DNA of 64,000 nt from Obrimoposthia wandeli (Eukaryota): positions 1-64,000 of the forward strand of contig CDROCS010001674.1 in NCBI GenBank assembly GCA_977020255.1, written 5' to 3'. The notes beneath the pieces are model-generated. The model saw only the letters and a program-made list of their open reading frames with translations, was not told where the DNA came from and did no database searches. The position numbers and the translations under genes were made by a program. Positions 1-12,130 of the stretch are shown here, piece by piece. How positions within the stretch are numbered: position 1 is the first letter of the stretch; every line of letters begins with the position of its first letter.

Positions 1-774
1 TCATAGTCGGATCTCCACATTCTGTTCTTTTAAGTACTGCTTAAGTTCACCAATATTGATGATTTGTTTGTGGAAAACGGAAGCGGCAAGTGCACCGTCC
101 ACATTGGCTTTTTGGTAGGCATCTGCAAAGTGAACCATTTCACCCGCGCCACCAGAAGCAATTAAAGGCACATGGCAAACTTCACGTACCATATTCAATT
201 GCTTTAGGTCGTAGCCGTTACGAACGCCATCTTGGTTCATCATGTTTAATACGATTTCACCAGCGCCACGTTTTTGCACCTCTTGCACCCAATCTCGGGT
301 TTCCCACTGGGTGGCTTTAGTGCGCGATTCATCGCCAGTAAATTGATACACCTGGTATTTACCTGTTTCAGCATCAAAGTATGAATCAATACCCACCACA
401 ATACATTGCACGCCAAACTTATCAGCAAGTTCTGTGATAAGTGCAGGGTTGGCAAGAGCAGGAGAGTTTATCGACACTTTATCTGCGCCGTATTGCAATA
501 TACGGCTCGCGTCTTCGACAGATTTAATGCCACCAGCAACACAGAAAGGAATATCAATCACTTCAGCAACCCGAGCGACCCAGCTTTTATCAACCACACG
601 ACCATCACTTGATGCGGTAATATCATAAAAAACCAGCTCGTCAGCGCCTTCTTCTGCGTAGCGTTTCGCTAAAGGGACAATATCACCAATAATTTCGTGA
701 TTACGAAACTGTACCCCTTTTACAACTTGACCATCTCGAACGTCTAAACAAGGAACGATTCGTTTAGCTAACAT
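1..774 (-). CDS. hisF: Imidazole glycerol phosphate synthase cyclase subunit HisF
   Basis: [12 protein letters not shown]...[11 protein letters not shown]...DGVRNGYD motifs. The ATG at 774 is preferred to the ORF-track start at 819. The stop at 1-3 overlaps a minus-strand ATG at 2-4 (ATGA), presumably hisIE outside the window. Confidence 0.97.
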   Translation of the reverse strand: MLAKRIVPCLDVRDGQVVKGVQFRNHEIIGDIVPLAKRYAEEGADELVFYDITASSDGRVVDKSWVARVAEVIDIPFCVAGGIKSVEDASRILQYGADKVSINSPALANPALITELADKFGVQCIVVGIDSYFDAETGKYQVYQFTGDESRTKATQWETRDWVQEVQKRGAGEIVLNMMNQDGVRNGYDLKQLNMVREVCHVPLIASGGAGEMVHFADAYQKANVDGALAASVFHKQIINIGELKQYLKEQNVEIRL

Positions 775-793
775 AATTAATTGACTCCTTGTT

Positions 794-1514
<721 letters not shown>

Positions 1515-1734
1515 CCAACTTTTTGATGATGGGATAATTTCAACCTAAATCAGCATTCGGATCATTTTGCTGATTAAATTGATAATAACAGCGCGAAATC
1601 TATAATTAGAACTACTTGTTATCTTAATTTGTCTTGTTCAACTATTTTTCAGCAACTTTATGACCATTTACTTATCCAGATTGGTATAAATCACTTTCTG
1701 TGAAAAACATTTGGTTAGTCAGAATATACTGTTA

Positions 1735-2358
1735 CTCCTAAGAAGGCTCCAATCAGTTGAACCCGTTTCTGCTCGAACAAAACTCAGATGGAAACTGTAC
1801 ACTGCACAATTACCACTTTGAATTGCCGCACTAAAAGGCTGACCGTATTCACATTACTGATGGTGACCAAAGCACTTCGCAGACATCACATTGCGCATGG
1901 CGAAGAAAATAGAAGTAACTGCCTGCTGGAATCCCCTGAAATAATGGATGATTGTCAACTGGCGTAATCGTATTCCAACCCATGTGAGGCAGGGGTAAAT
2001 CACCTGTCTTCAATTTTTTTATTGGGGCGTCGCAAAGGTTTAAACAAGGAACAAGCTCTTTTCCGTTTTGTCCTTGTTCTTCAGATAACGCACCCAATAA
2101 TTGTACCTGGAACATAGATACCGTTAATGGTTTATCGTAATCGTTTGACGAGTTGACCAAATCTCGCTCTGCAGTGTCTTTCTATCGCTTCACCAGTACG
2201 CCTACGCCGGGAAGAAATAACTTATCCGCATTTAGCACAACGCTTGTTTCTTTACTTATCGTAACGGCGTAACCCAAGCGTTCAATCGCAAAGCGAACAG
2301 AAGATACATTGGCGCAGCCGGTATCAATGATGACAACTTTTTGATCTTCACTCGCCAT
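1735..2358 (-). pseudogene. hisH: HisH glutamine amidotransferase subunit, apparently frameshifted (probably artefact); 3' end approximate
   Basis: Starts [30 protein letters not shown] at 2358, overlapping the hisB stop. Later fragments read LPLPHMGWNTI, GSYFYF and EYGQPFSAAIQSGN in shifting frames. Confidence 0.88.
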
Positions 2359-3443
2359 TACAGAACTCCTTTACTGCTTGGTAGTTCATTACCGTCAACA
2401 CGGATTGCTTGGCGTAATGTGCGACCAAATGCTTTGAACAAGCTTTCTACAATGTGGTGATCGTTATGGCCTGTCGATGAAAGATGCAAGGTACACGCCA
2501 GCGTATCAGTAAGAGAGCGGAAGAAGTGCGATACCATTTCAGTTGAAAGATCGCCAACCTGATCGCGTCCAAACTCAGCTTCAAACTTTAAATAAGGGCG
2601 ACCTGATAAATCTAATGCGCATTGTGCTAAGCATTCATCCATTGGCAAGCTAAAGCCAAAACGACCAATACCGCGCTTATCACCCAGTGCTTCTTTGAGT
2701 GCTTGCCCTAGTGCGAGGGCTGTATCTTCAATGCTGTGGTGATCGTCAATGTGTAAATCACCTTTCACATTAACTTGCATTTGAAAGCCACCGTGTGTCG
2801 CGATTTGATCGAGCATGTGGTCAAAAAAGCCCAAGCCCGTCTTAATAGAGTTGCCGCCAGTTTCATCTAAATTCACCTTAACGCGAATGTCAGTTTCTTT
2901 GGTAGTACGAACAACTTCAGCAATACGAGGGTTTGTTGTTAGGTCTTTTACAATCTGCTGCCAGTTCAAGCTGCTCTTATCGGTAGGGCATGGATTGTAT
3001 TGAATACCTTTGATAGCCATATTTTCAGCTAACTGAAGATCGGTTTGGCGATCGCCTATCACCGCTGATGTGGCAAAATCAACACGACCTTGCTGCAGGT
3101 AACTTTTCACTAAACCTAGCTTGGGTTTACGGCAGCTGCAGTTGTCTTCATTGAAGTGTGGGCAAATTAAGACATCATCAAACTTAACACCTTGTGACTC
3201 GAAGATTTCCATCATCATGTTTTGCGGCGCATCGAAATCCGCTTGTGGGTAGCTATCTGTTCCTAAACCGTCTTGGTTTGTCACCATCACAAGTTTGTAT
3301 CCTGCATCTTGCAGCGTTAATAGTGCTGGAATGACAAACGGTTCTAACTTGAGTTTATCTAATCGATCAACTTGAAAATCAACCGGTGGCTCTACAATTA
3401 AGGTGCCATCACGATCAATAAATAGGATTTTTTCTTTGCTCAC
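2358..3443 (-). CDS. hisB: Bifunctional histidinol-phosphatase / imidazoleglycerol-phosphate dehydratase HisB
   Basis: HAD motif FIDRDGT, and IGPD motifs DDHHSIED and NDHHIVE. Confidence 0.98.
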   Translation of the reverse strand: MSKEKILFIDRDGTLIVEPPVDFQVDRLDKLKLEPFVIPALLTLQDAGYKLVMVTNQDGLGTDSYPQADFDAPQNMMMEIFESQGVKFDDVLICPHFNEDNCSCRKPKLGLVKSYLQQGRVDFATSAVIGDRQTDLQLAENMAIKGIQYNPCPTDKSSLNWQQIVKDLTTNPRIAEVVRTTKETDIRVKVNLDETGGNSIKTGLGFFDHMLDQIATHGGFQMQVNVKGDLHIDDHHSIEDTALALGQALKEALGDKRGIGRFGFSLPMDECLAQCALDLSGRPYLKFEAEFGRDQVGDLSTEMVSHFFRSLTDTLACTLHLSSTGHNDHHIVESLFKAFGRTLRQAIRVDGNELPSSKGVL

Positions 3444-3460
3444 AATGTACTTCCTTGTGC

Positions 3461-4600
3461 TTAATTAGATGCGTTTAATTTACCATTATTTGTTGATGCA
3501 TTACTTTTTGATACATTGCTCTGTGGTGCACTGTCTTGTGATGAATTGCCTTGCGATGCGATATGGGCGCGAATAAAGGCGAGTGTTTTTTCACACTCGT
3601 CACGATTACCGACACTAATACGAATGCAGTTTTCGATAGGAGAGCGTCGTAAAATAATGCCGTGATTCCATAATGCTGTGAATAAGGCATCCGCTTGTGG
3701 GAATTTCACCAGTAAATAATTACCATAGCCATCGTAAACAGTAATACCTGGCAGCATCCCTAAGCCTGCTTGTAAGTAAGCGCGATTTGCACTGATGTCG
3801 AGAACTTGATATTTCGTTTTAGCACGACCTGCGACAGACAACGCTTGAACGGCTATATCAGCGACAGGTACTGGTACAGGGTATGGTGCAATGACCTTTA
3901 ACAATAAGTTAATAACATCAGTGTTGGCTAGCGTAAAACCACAACGTAAACCTGCTAATGCAAATGCTTTTGATAGCGTGCGAAGAATCACTAAGTGTGG
4001 ATACTTGGCGAGTAGATCTACCGTTGATGTTTCAAGGCAAAAGTCGATGTATGCTTCATCAACAACCACAAGTGCTTTGTCTGTGGTCATATCAAGTAGC
4101 TTTTCGATATCTCGGCGCTTCATGACGTTACCGGTAGGATTGTTAGGGCTACATACGAACACTAACTTAACCCCATCGAGGTTACTTTGAATTGAAGGCA
4201 GGTCTAATTGCCATTGTGGTGTTAATGGTACTGTTTTCGTTTTGATATCAAACGTTTCTGCGCTGATAGCATACATGCCATAAGTTGGTGGACAGTACAG
4301 AATACTGTCTTGGTTTGGTTCACAAAATGTGCGGATTAATAATTCGATACCTTCGTCGGCACCGCGCGATGTTAATACTTGCTTGCTATCAACCCCAGCA
4401 TAATCAGCATAAGCCTGAATCAGGTCGGCTGGTTGGCATTCACTATAGCGGTTTAGGCGACTACAAGTGACGCTATACTCATTAGCAAAAGGGGATTCGT
4501 TTGCGTTTAACCAAATATCACCACTGCCACCTAAACGACGTGCCGATTGATAAGGCGTAAGTTCGCGTACTGTTTTACGCGCCAGTTGTTCAATGCTCAT
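3461..4600 (-). CDS. hisC: Histidinol-phosphate aminotransferase HisC with Ser/Asn-rich C-terminal tail
   Basis: [20 protein letters not shown] and [15 protein letters not shown] (PLP lysine). Confidence 0.97.
   Translation of the reverse strand: MSIEQLARKTVRELTPYQSARRLGGSGDIWLNANESPFANEYSVTCSRLNRYSECQPADLIQAYADYAGVDSKQVLTSRGADEGIELLIRTFCEPNQDSILYCPPTYGMYAISAETFDIKTKTVPLTPQWQLDLPSIQSNLDGVKLVFVCSPNNPTGNVMKRRDIEKLLDMTTDKALVVVDEAYIDFCLETSTVDLLAKYPHLVILRTLSKAFALAGLRCGFTLANTDVINLLLKVIAPYPVPVPVADIAVQALSVAGRAKTKYQVLDISANRAYLQAGLGMLPGITVYDGYGNYLLVKFPQADALFTALWNHGIILRRSPIENCIRISVGNRDECEKTLAFIRAHIASQGNSSQDSAPQSNVSKSNASTNNGKLNASN
3491..3550. repeat. Four degenerate 15-bp tandem units encoding the HisC tail
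   Basis: Forward units tgttgatgcattact / ttttgatacattgct / ctgtggtgcactgtc / ttgtgatgaattgcc. Confidence 0.55.
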
Positions 4601-4602
4601 AA

Positions 4603-5934
4603 TTACGCCTCTTTCTCTTCAATTTGTTGTGCTTTCAATATTGCTTGCTGTTGTAACTTCTCGATGCGGATAGTAACGGCACGTTTATGCGCATCGAGCC
4701 CTTCCGCTTCTGCCATGGTAACCACTGTAGGTGCTAAGGTTTTTAGGCCATCTGCGGTGAGTTCTTGTACTGTCATGCGCTTAGAAAAATCAGCAAGACC
4801 TAAGCTTGAATAGGTACGGGTGTAACCATAGGTTGGTAATACGTGGTTAGTGCCAGAAGCGTAGTCACCCACCGATTCAGGTGACCAATCACCGAGAAAA
4901 ATTGAGCCAGCATTATCCAATAAAGGCACTAACTCTCGTGGTTCACGCGTCTGTACAATTAAGTGTTCAGGACCGTAGTGGTTAGAAATCGAGATACACT
5001 GTGTAATTGTTTCCGTAACGATTAAAATACTTGAACCCAAGGCTTGGCGCGCAATATCGGCACGAGGTAATACTTTCAGTTGCAGTTGAATCGCATCTGC
5101 TACACGATCAGCAATGCTTGGTTCTGGTGTTAGTAAAATAACTTGAGAATCAGGTCCGTGTTCTGCTTGGCTTAATAAATCAGCGGCGATGAAATCAGGA
5201 TCTGCCGTTTTATCCGCAATGACTAATACTTCTGAAGGGCCTGCTGGCATATCAATAGCCGCACCACGAAAATCATTACTGACTTGGCGTTTAGCTTCTG
5301 TAACAAATGCATTACCGGGTCCGAAAATCTTATCGACTCTTACGACTGATTTTGTACCATAAGCCATAGCTGCAATAGCTTGAGAGCCGCCAATATTATA
5401 GATTTCTGTAATGCCACATAGCTGGGCCACATATAAAATTTCATCGGCAATCGGTGGCGGTGAGCATAAAACGACTTGACGGCATCCTGCGATTTGCGCG
5501 GGAACACCAAGCATTAATACTGTCGATGGTAATGGTGCACTGCCACCGGGAATGTATAAACCAACAGAATTTATTGGGCGTGTTACTTGTTCACATACCA
5601 CGCCAGGTTGTGTTTCAACACGTAGCGGCTTTATTTTCTGCGCTTTGTGGAATGTTGAGATATTTTGATAAGCCTGTTGCAGCGCCTGTTTCATGTTATC
5701 ACTAAGTCGTGATGAAGCAGCCGTTACTTCCTGTTCAGAGACTCTGATTGAATCAGGACGAACACGATCAAACTTTTCAGTGAGATCTAACAGTGCTTCA
5801 TCACCACGTTGACGGACATCAGCAACCACTTCAGCGACAATGGCGGTAATATTTGCACCTTCAGTTATTGCTGGACGCTGAAGTAAAGACTCTTGCTGGT
5901 TTTCACTGAGAGATTGCCAAACAACCGTTTTCAT
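4603..5934 (-). CDS. hisD: Histidinol dehydrogenase HisD
   Basis: [22 protein letters not shown] and [13 protein letters not shown] motifs. Confidence 0.98.
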   Translation of the reverse strand: MKTVVWQSLSENQQESLLQRPAITEGANITAIVAEVVADVRQRGDEALLDLTEKFDRVRPDSIRVSEQEVTAASSRLSDNMKQALQQAYQNISTFHKAQKIKPLRVETQPGVVCEQVTRPINSVGLYIPGGSAPLPSTVLMLGVPAQIAGCRQVVLCSPPPIADEILYVAQLCGITEIYNIGGSQAIAAMAYGTKSVVRVDKIFGPGNAFVTEAKRQVSNDFRGAAIDMPAGPSEVLVIADKTADPDFIAADLLSQAEHGPDSQVILLTPEPSIADRVADAIQLQLKVLPRADIARQALGSSILIVTETITQCISISNHYGPEHLIVQTREPRELVPLLDNAGSIFLGDWSPESVGDYASGTNHVLPTYGYTRTYSSLGLADFSKRMTVQELTADGLKTLAPTVVTMAEAEGLDAHKRAVTIRIEKLQQQAILKAQQIEEKEA

Positions 5935-5938
5935 TGTG

Positions 5939-6835
5939 TTACTCCATCATTTTTTCAATTGGCAGTACTAGAATAGAGCTTGCACCTAATTCTTTTAATT
6001 GTTCCATCGTTTCCCAGAACAGGTTCTCAGTACTAACAAGATGAACGGCTACGCGGTTGTTATCTTGTGATAGTGGCAATACCGTTGGATCTTCAGCACC
6101 AGGTAGCAGCATTTTTATTTGTTCAAGACGATTTGTAGGTGCGTGTAGCATGATGTATTTTGATTCTTTTGCCTGAATGACACCTTGCATACGCGTTAAC
6201 AAACGATCGATTAGCGCTTGTTTTTCAGTACCTAGATCGGCAGTACATTGAATAAGTACGGCTTTAGAACGAAGAATAACAGCAGCTTCTTTTAGTCCAT
6301 TGGCTTCCAGTGTTGCACCTGTTGATACGAGGTCACAAATCGCATCGGCTAGACCTGCGCGAGGAGCAACTTCAACAGAGCCATTTAGCATACAAGGGCT
6401 GAATGTAACGCCTTGCTCGTCCATATAACGCTTAACAAGTTGAGGGTAGGTCGTTGCGATACGCTTACCTTGAAGATCTTGTGGTCCGTTATACGTTTCA
6501 TCTTTGTCGATAGCGATAGATAAGCGACAGCCCCCAAAATCTAAACGACGAAGCTTTTTATAATCAGAAGGTTCATTGCGAGCAGCACGTTCTAATCCCA
6601 CTTCTTCTAGTTCATTCTCACCAATAACACCAAGGTCAACAACGCCATCCATAATAAGGCCGGGAATGTCATCATCACGAACAAGAAGTAGGTCGATAGG
6701 CATATTTTCAGAATGAACCACTAGGCGCTCACCCATCATGTTGAATTTAACACCGCAACGCTTAAGTAAATCTTGGCACTCTTTACTCAGACGTCCTTTC
6801 TTTTGAATCGCAATTCTTAATCGTTGTGTTTGCAT
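5939..6835 (-). CDS. hisG: ATP phosphoribosyltransferase HisG (long form)
   Basis: [19 protein letters not shown] and [25 protein letters not shown]. The ATG at 6835 follows an AAGGA RBS. Confidence 0.98.
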   Translation of the reverse strand: MQTQRLRIAIQKKGRLSKECQDLLKRCGVKFNMMGERLVVHSENMPIDLLLVRDDDIPGLIMDGVVDLGVIGENELEEVGLERAARNEPSDYKKLRRLDFGGCRLSIAIDKDETYNGPQDLQGKRIATTYPQLVKRYMDEQGVTFSPCMLNGSVEVAPRAGLADAICDLVSTGATLEANGLKEAAVILRSKAVLIQCTADLGTEKQALIDRLLTRMQGVIQAKESKYIMLHAPTNRLEQIKMLLPGAEDPTVLPLSQDNNRVAVHLVSTENLFWETMEQLKELGASSILVLPIEKMME

Positions 6836-6890
6836 GGTCATATTCCTTAATCCAATTCTGTAAAGTTGTACTTTTAAAGCCCTAAAACGC

Positions 6891-6924
6891 AAAAACCCTC
6901 GGAAGTATTGCTCTCCGAGGGTTT
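6891..6924 (-). terminator. his operon attenuator terminator
   Basis: AAACCCTCGGA/TCCGAGGGTTT stem with a U-run on the minus strand, between the leader peptide and hisG. Confidence 0.9.
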
Positions 6925-6997
6925 GAATTCTTTATTTTATCAAACACTGGAAGAGTTTTTGGTTGTCTTCCAGAGTGAGGCGTATCCTCCCGAAAGA

Positions 6998-7045
6998 CTA
7001 GTCAGGATGATGATGGTGATGTAGGTTTACCATTGAGATACGCAT
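6998..7045 (-). CDS. hisL: his operon leader peptide MRISMVNLHHHHHPD
   Basis: 15-codon ORF with five consecutive His codons followed by PD*, upstream of the attenuator hairpins. Confidence 0.95.
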   Translation of the reverse strand: MRISMVNLHHHHHPD

Positions 7046-7285
7046 AATTATTTACTCTGTATAGATAGTTACTTAATGCATTGGTGTGTAATGCTTGGTA
7101 TTCACACTAACGAAGCTCATTAGAATTTGCAACATTAATTTTATGTAAATAGTGAATTCATTATTGATGCTGACTAAAGTGCCTATTTGTACCCGCTTTC
7201 TCACGGAGATACAGAGTATTCCGTGAGGAGGTTCTAGGCTGTATTAACAAAAATGTTGCAGTGTGTGTGCTAGGTGATGACCTTA

Positions 7286-7468
7286 TCAAACATAAATATC
7301 TAATAACCCTTTTTTATGTTTATGGGTCTCTTGTTCTTCGGGTTGATCGGGCGTGTCTTCATGCTTGGGGTCGATCCGCTGATGGCGATCAATGAGCATG
7401 GTTGATTGGGTGACTTTTTTGAGCTGTTTCTGTGCAGTTCGCGGCAGATTGTTGTTGGTATTGATCAT
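7286..7468 (-). CDS. 60-aa hypothetical protein with C-terminal KKGLLDIYV
   Basis: Strong GGAGGG RBS upstream of the ATG and a sigma28-like promoter upstream. Confidence 0.75.
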   Translation of the reverse strand: MINTNNNLPRTAQKQLKKVTQSTMLIDRHQRIDPKHEDTPDQPEEQETHKHKKGLLDIYV

Positions 7469-7502
7469 GTCTTTCCCTCCACGTTTATTATGTATATAAG
7501 CC

Positions 7503-7529
7503 GTGTCGGCACATTAGTGAACAACTTGA
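7503..7529 (-). promoter_or_regulatory. Putative sigma28 (FliA) promoter
   Basis: Minus strand TCAAG-N14-GCCGACAC versus consensus TCAAG/TAAAG-N14-GCCGATAA, 35 bp upstream of the ATG at 7468. Confidence 0.6.
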
Positions 7530-7668
7530 GTGTTTTTTGCTCTATTTTTGTGGGTGTTAATGCAGAGAAGTACTGAGGGCGGGATAAGCAAAGGGACAAG
7601 CAAGAGAGACCAGCTAACGCTGGCCTCATGGACTTTTTAAGACGGATGATGTATTTCAGTTGCTGCGG

Positions 7669-8205
7669 TTATCCGCAACACTTTTTGAATTTTTTACCAC
7701 TGCCACAGGTGCAAGGGTCATTGCGTCCGATGGTTTTGGTGCTTACTGCTGGTTGAATCGCTGGTGGTGTTTCTGTCGTTTCTTCGGCAATGTGGTTTTC
7801 AGGATAATCGCCATCGATATAGAACCATTGCAGTTCTCCATTCACTGTTTCTTGCAGAAAACGTGAACGTTCATGAAGCGTATATTGATCCTTTCCATCT
7901 TGATACATTGCTCTGAATTCAACAAAGCCTTCACCATTGTCTGCGATCTCGCTGTTTATAACTTGAAGCCCAAGCCATTTTGAGTGAACTGAATCTGCGA
8001 TTGCTTCGCGGTGTTGTTCTGCTTCACAGCTTGGGTGATAGGTAGCAACAACAAAATCAACAAGACCTAGAGCGTGCGCACTGTAACGCGCGCGCATAAT
8101 TTGTTCAGGGTGTGTCGCTGTTGTTGCTGATTGATGTATTGGCTGACAACATTCAGCAAGTTGTTTTTTGCTACCACATGGGCATAACGTGATTGGGTTA
8201 GACAT
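7669..8205 (-). CDS. ychJ: YchJ-family protein with SEC-C motifs
   Basis: N-terminal CPCGS, MRARYSA, LHERSRF and C-terminal [19 protein letters not shown]. Confidence 0.92.
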   Translation of the reverse strand: MSNPITLCPCGSKKQLAECCQPIHQSATTATHPEQIMRARYSAHALGLVDFVVATYHPSCEAEQHREAIADSVHSKWLGLQVINSEIADNGEGFVEFRAMYQDGKDQYTLHERSRFLQETVNGELQWFYIDGDYPENHIAEETTETPPAIQPAVSTKTIGRNDPCTCGSGKKFKKCCG

Positions 8206-8207
8206 GA

Positions 8208-9431
8208 TTATTTGGTCGCTGATGATTTTTCAATAATTGCTGCCCATTTTAATGACTCAACATAGACATCTGCAACGTTTGTTTCATTAATCCCAAGTTC
8301 TTTGCTGTAGAGGGAGACTTTATCCCAATCTGCTTGATCATAAGCGATGGCTAATTTAAGCATTATGCCAAGAGGTCCTGTTTTACTCACTAGCGCAGCT
8401 TGAATGCCAGCACTTAAAGGCAATTGTTCAATTAACTCTTCAATTGATTGATCAAGTAATGAATCAAGTAGTGAAAATAAGCCCGTTAAAAAAGCCTGAT
8501 TACTCACTATTTTTGGGGCTACGAGCACACTTAAACGCTCACAAAAGTTAGCCCTTTGTAAGGAGAGACTATATAACGATTGAGGCTTCTCTGCCAAAGC
8601 ATGAGACGCCGCGACAAAAGAAATAAAGCGGCGTAATTTTTCTTCACCTAAGTAGACTAATGCCTGTTTGAATGATGAAATAGGCTTCGATTTTGACGAT
8701 GTAATGGTGTTTACATGGCGAAGCAATTTGTATGACAGTGATACATCGGTGGCTATAATTTTTTCAACGTTATCAAAGTTAACTTGCGGTAAGCATATTT
8801 CTTGATAGAGCTGCAATGTTGTTAAAGCTGATGGTGTCAGCGACCTACTTTGTATCATTTCGGGCTTACTGAAAAAGAAGCCTTGAAAAAAATCAAATCC
8901 TGCATCACTCGCTTCAATGAATTCAGCATACGTTTCAACTTTTTCTGCTAAAAACTTAATATTATTTTTCTTGTATTTTTGTATAAAAAAGCGCGTTCTA
9001 TCGATTGGTATCGCACGGATATCAAATTTAATAATATGGATGAAAGGTAAAAAACGTAGCCAATCTTTACTTGGAACAAAGTCATCTAATGCCAGTGTAT
9101 AGCCTTTTTGATGGAGCTCAATTACCGCTTCTAGTAATGCATCCGAAGGGGTGCAACTTTCTAATATTTCAATCACAAAGCTTTGTTTGGGAAAAAGAAA
9201 AGGCGTTCTTTGAAGAAGGCTTGATTCTGGGAAATTAACGAAGGCTTTTTTCCCAGCAGTGACTTGTGATGACCCTGAGGTGAAAAAATTATCGATCAAT
9301 AAACGATTAGTTGCGAGTTCATCTTCAACATCGGGGAAGCAGTTATTGGGTCCATCTCGAAAAAGTAATTCGTACCCTACGGTTACTTTGTCTTTATTTA
9401 AAATAGGTTGCCGTGCTAGGTATGAATACAT
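8208..9431 (-). CDS. EAL-HDOD domain protein (YuxH/CdgJ-like c-di-GMP phosphodiesterase)
   Basis: ARQPI, YELLFR, LALDDF, AEKVET and QGFFFSKP, followed by an HDOD segment ([24 protein letters not shown]). Confidence 0.88.
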   Translation of the reverse strand: MYSYLARQPILNKDKVTVGYELLFRDGPNNCFPDVEDELATNRLLIDNFFTSGSSQVTAGKKAFVNFPESSLLQRTPFLFPKQSFVIEILESCTPSDALLEAVIELHQKGYTLALDDFVPSKDWLRFLPFIHIIKFDIRAIPIDRTRFFIQKYKKNNIKFLAEKVETYAEFIEASDAGFDFFQGFFFSKPEMIQSRSLTPSALTTLQLYQEICLPQVNFDNVEKIIATDVSLSYKLLRHVNTITSSKSKPISSFKQALVYLGEEKLRRFISFVAASHALAEKPQSLYSLSLQRANFCERLSVLVAPKIVSNQAFLTGLFSLLDSLLDQSIEELIEQLPLSAGIQAALVSKTGPLGIMLKLAIAYDQADWDKVSLYSKELGINETNVADVYVESLKWAAIIEKSSATK

Positions 9432-9655
9432 GTGCTTTTCGTATAAACCAATATGAAGAAAATGAATAGGAAGACAATGTTAATTGTACCCATTAATAAC
9501 TCAAGTGAATAGAACCATTTTGATTAGTTATATTACAAATTACTATCAAGGCCCAATGTGATATTCATTACAAATTAAGACAATGATATAGGACAAAGAT
9601 TGATTTCAGACATTAATAGATAATATTTTTTTGTTTTCAACATATTATACCTTAA

Positions 9656-10549
9656 ATGAATATATTTACCTTGCTACAAGCGGGATTGCTTGTAGGAGGA
9701 GGCGTGTTTATTGCTATGCTTTTATCATCATGGCGAAAAAACCGAGCGCATGAGGCGCAAACAAGAATATTTCCCATTGCTTTTATTGGTGGTTTTGCAA
9801 ACTTTTGCGACACATTAGGTGTTGGTAGTTTTGCGATAAAAACGGCAGGTTATAAACATTTTAAACTGATTGATGATCAGTTGTTACCCGGCACGCTGAA
9901 CTGCCAAGCTGTTTTATCAACAGTTGTACAATCGTTGATATTTTTAACGGCTGTAGATGTCGATCCAACGACTTTAGTTAGCCTTGTTATTGCAGCTTGC
10001 TTAGGCGCAACGTGGGGCGCACGTTTAGTGTCGGGCTGGGATCGACAAGTCATTCGTCTTGTAATGTGCATTGCTTTACTTATTGTTGCTGGATTAATGC
10101 TAGCAGGGCAGTTACAGCTGTTTCCTTTAGGCGGAATGAGTTTAGGGTTAACTGGCTGGAAATTAGCCATTGGTATTCTAGGTAACTTCTTATTTGGTGC
10201 ACTAATGACCGTTGGTATTGGTTTATATGCACCGTGTATGGTAATGGTTTATTTACTGGGTATGCACCCGCTGGCCGCTTTTCCTATTATGATGTGTTCT
10301 TGTGCATTTTTAAGCTTTTTCTCTGCCGGCAGCTTTATTTGTATGAACCGTATTAATAGCCGAGCAGCAATTGTTGTCGCAATTACAGGACCAATTGGTG
10401 TGGTTATTGCGGCGTATTTGGTGAAGTCATTAGATATGAATGTGTTGGCGTGGTTAGTGACTGCTGTTGTACTTTATACTTCAGCGACGATGTATCGCTC
10501 ATGGGCAAAAGATCGTGCCAGTTTGCGTACTGAATCATCAGTTGGTTAG
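9656..10549 (+). CDS. TSUP (TauE/SafE-family) permease
   Basis: Multi-TM protein with DTLGVGSFA and GIGLYAP motifs typical of TSUP permeases. Confidence 0.8.
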   Translation: MNIFTLLQAGLLVGGGVFIAMLLSSWRKNRAHEAQTRIFPIAFIGGFANFCDTLGVGSFAIKTAGYKHFKLIDDQLLPGTLNCQAVLSTVVQSLIFLTAVDVDPTTLVSLVIAACLGATWGARLVSGWDRQVIRLVMCIALLIVAGLMLAGQLQLFPLGGMSLGLTGWKLAIGILGNFLFGALMTVGIGLYAPCMVMVYLLGMHPLAAFPIMMCSCAFLSFFSAGSFICMNRINSRAAIVVAITGPIGVVIAAYLVKSLDMNVLAWLVTAVVLYTSATMYRSWAKDRASLRTESSVG

Positions 10550-10576
10550 TGTTAATCGGTTCTAATGTAAAAAGAG

Positions 10577-10604
10577 AAAAGGTACGTTTTGGCGTACCTT
10601 TTTT
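10577..10604. terminator. Bidirectional intrinsic terminator
   Basis: AAAAGGTACG-loop-CGTACCTTTTTT between convergent genes. Confidence 0.8.
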
Positions 10605-10639
10605 ATTGATCTATCGTTGAGATATCTAATGTAGTCACG

Positions 10640-11377
10640 CTATTGTATTTGTTCGCTGAAATCACGTGTTTCAAGTTTACAGCCATCAGGAGTACACACT
10701 AAAACAGAACCATGATGATACCAATCACCTAAAACCGTACGAGTTGCAGCTTTTCCATCAACTTCAATATGGTGTACATCAGGACGGTGAGTATGACCGT
10801 GGATCATATCAACGACGTTTTGTTCAGCCATTAGCCTCACGACTTCATTTGGCGTCACATCCATAATACTGGTTTTTTTTGCTTTATTATTTTTGCTGCT
10901 ACCACGACGGATTTTATCCCCAACTTTTTGGCGATACGATAAAGGTAAACAGAAAAATAGCCACTGAATGAAACGGTTATGGACTCTTTTTCGATAACGT
11001 AGGTAATCTTCATCTTCAATGCAAAGCGTATCACCATGAAGGACTAACGTGGGTGTACCGTAAAGATCGATAACGGTGTGTTCAGGTAATAATGTCATGC
11101 CTGTTTCTTGGCAAAATCGTGAGCCAATTAAGAAGTCACGGTTACCATAAATGAAGTAGCAAGGTACGCCTGAATCTGTAAGCTGTTTGAATGCGTGCTT
11201 GATCTGTTGTAGAAAGGGGGAGTCATCATCATCTCCAATCCACATTTCAAATAAATCGCCGAGTACATACAGCGCATCAATGTTTCTTGCTTCTTGTTGC
11301 ATGAAGTGAAGAAAACAATCGGTGATATCTGTACGTTCAGCGCTGAGGTGCAAATCTGCAATAAAGAGAGTCGTCAT
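10640..11377 (-). CDS. lpxH: UDP-2,3-diacylglucosamine hydrolase LpxH
   Basis: ADLHL, LGDLFE, GNRDF, HGD and HGHTH; downstream of ppiB. Confidence 0.96.
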   Translation of the reverse strand: MTTLFIADLHLSAERTDITDCFLHFMQQEARNIDALYVLGDLFEMWIGDDDDSPFLQQIKHAFKQLTDSGVPCYFIYGNRDFLIGSRFCQETGMTLLPEHTVIDLYGTPTLVLHGDTLCIEDEDYLRYRKRVHNRFIQWLFFCLPLSYRQKVGDKIRRGSSKNNKAKKTSIMDVTPNEVVRLMAEQNVVDMIHGHTHRPDVHHIEVDGKAATRTVLGDWYHHGSVLVCTPDGCKLETRDFSEQIQ

Positions 11378-11417
11378 AATAGAAAGAGGGTGAGCAAACG
11401 CCCACCCTAATCAAAGA

Positions 11418-11915
11418 TTATTCTTCGATTGTTACGTCGTTGATTACAACGTCTTCAACTGGCACGTCTTGGTGAACGTAGCCGCTGTTACCTGTAGAAA
11501 CAGCTTTGATCTTGTTTACAACGTCCATACCTTCAACAACTTCAGCAAATACACAGTAACCCCAACCATCAGGTGTTGCTGATTTAAAGTCTAGGAATTT
11601 GTTGTCATTAACGTTGATGAAGAACTGAGAACTTGCAGAATGCGGTTCCATTGTACGTGCCATCGCAAGGGTACCAATTTTGTTGCTTAGACCATTGCTT
11701 GCTTCGTTTTTGATTGTTTCACGTGTTTCTTTCTCAACCATACCAGAAGACATACCGCCACCCTGGACCATGAAACCATCAATTACACGGTGGAAAATAG
11801 TATCGTTGTAGAAACCGTCACGGCAATATTGTAAGAAGTTTGCACACGTTTCAGGCGCTTTTTCTGTATTAAGTTGGATCTTGATGTCACCAAAAGTAGT
11901 GTGAAGCGTTACCAT
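11418..11915 (-). CDS. ppiB: Peptidyl-prolyl isomerase B (cyclophilin)
   Basis: [19 protein letters not shown] and SQFFIN; divergent from cysS. Confidence 0.97.
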   Translation of the reverse strand: MVTLHTTFGDIKIQLNTEKAPETCANFLQYCRDGFYNDTIFHRVIDGFMVQGGGMSSGMVEKETRETIKNEASNGLSNKIGTLAMARTMEPHSASSQFFINVNDNKFLDFKSATPDGWGYCVFAEVVEGMDVVNKIKAVSTGNSGYVHQDVPVEDVVINDVTIEE

Positions 11916-12130
11916 GAGATTGTCCTTTAATGGATTGTATATGCTTAGACTTTGAAGTCTAACTTACTAGTACCTATTCATACAAATTTTGATGTTTCAA
12001 ATGGCGGTAATAATACGATGAGCCATTGTACTAGAAGCCAATAAATTCTCCCTGAAACTCGCATCTTGACGCTGTTTGGGTATAATTACTGTTCTTATAT
12101 CGACACCCATTAAATGAGTATGTACGAAGC

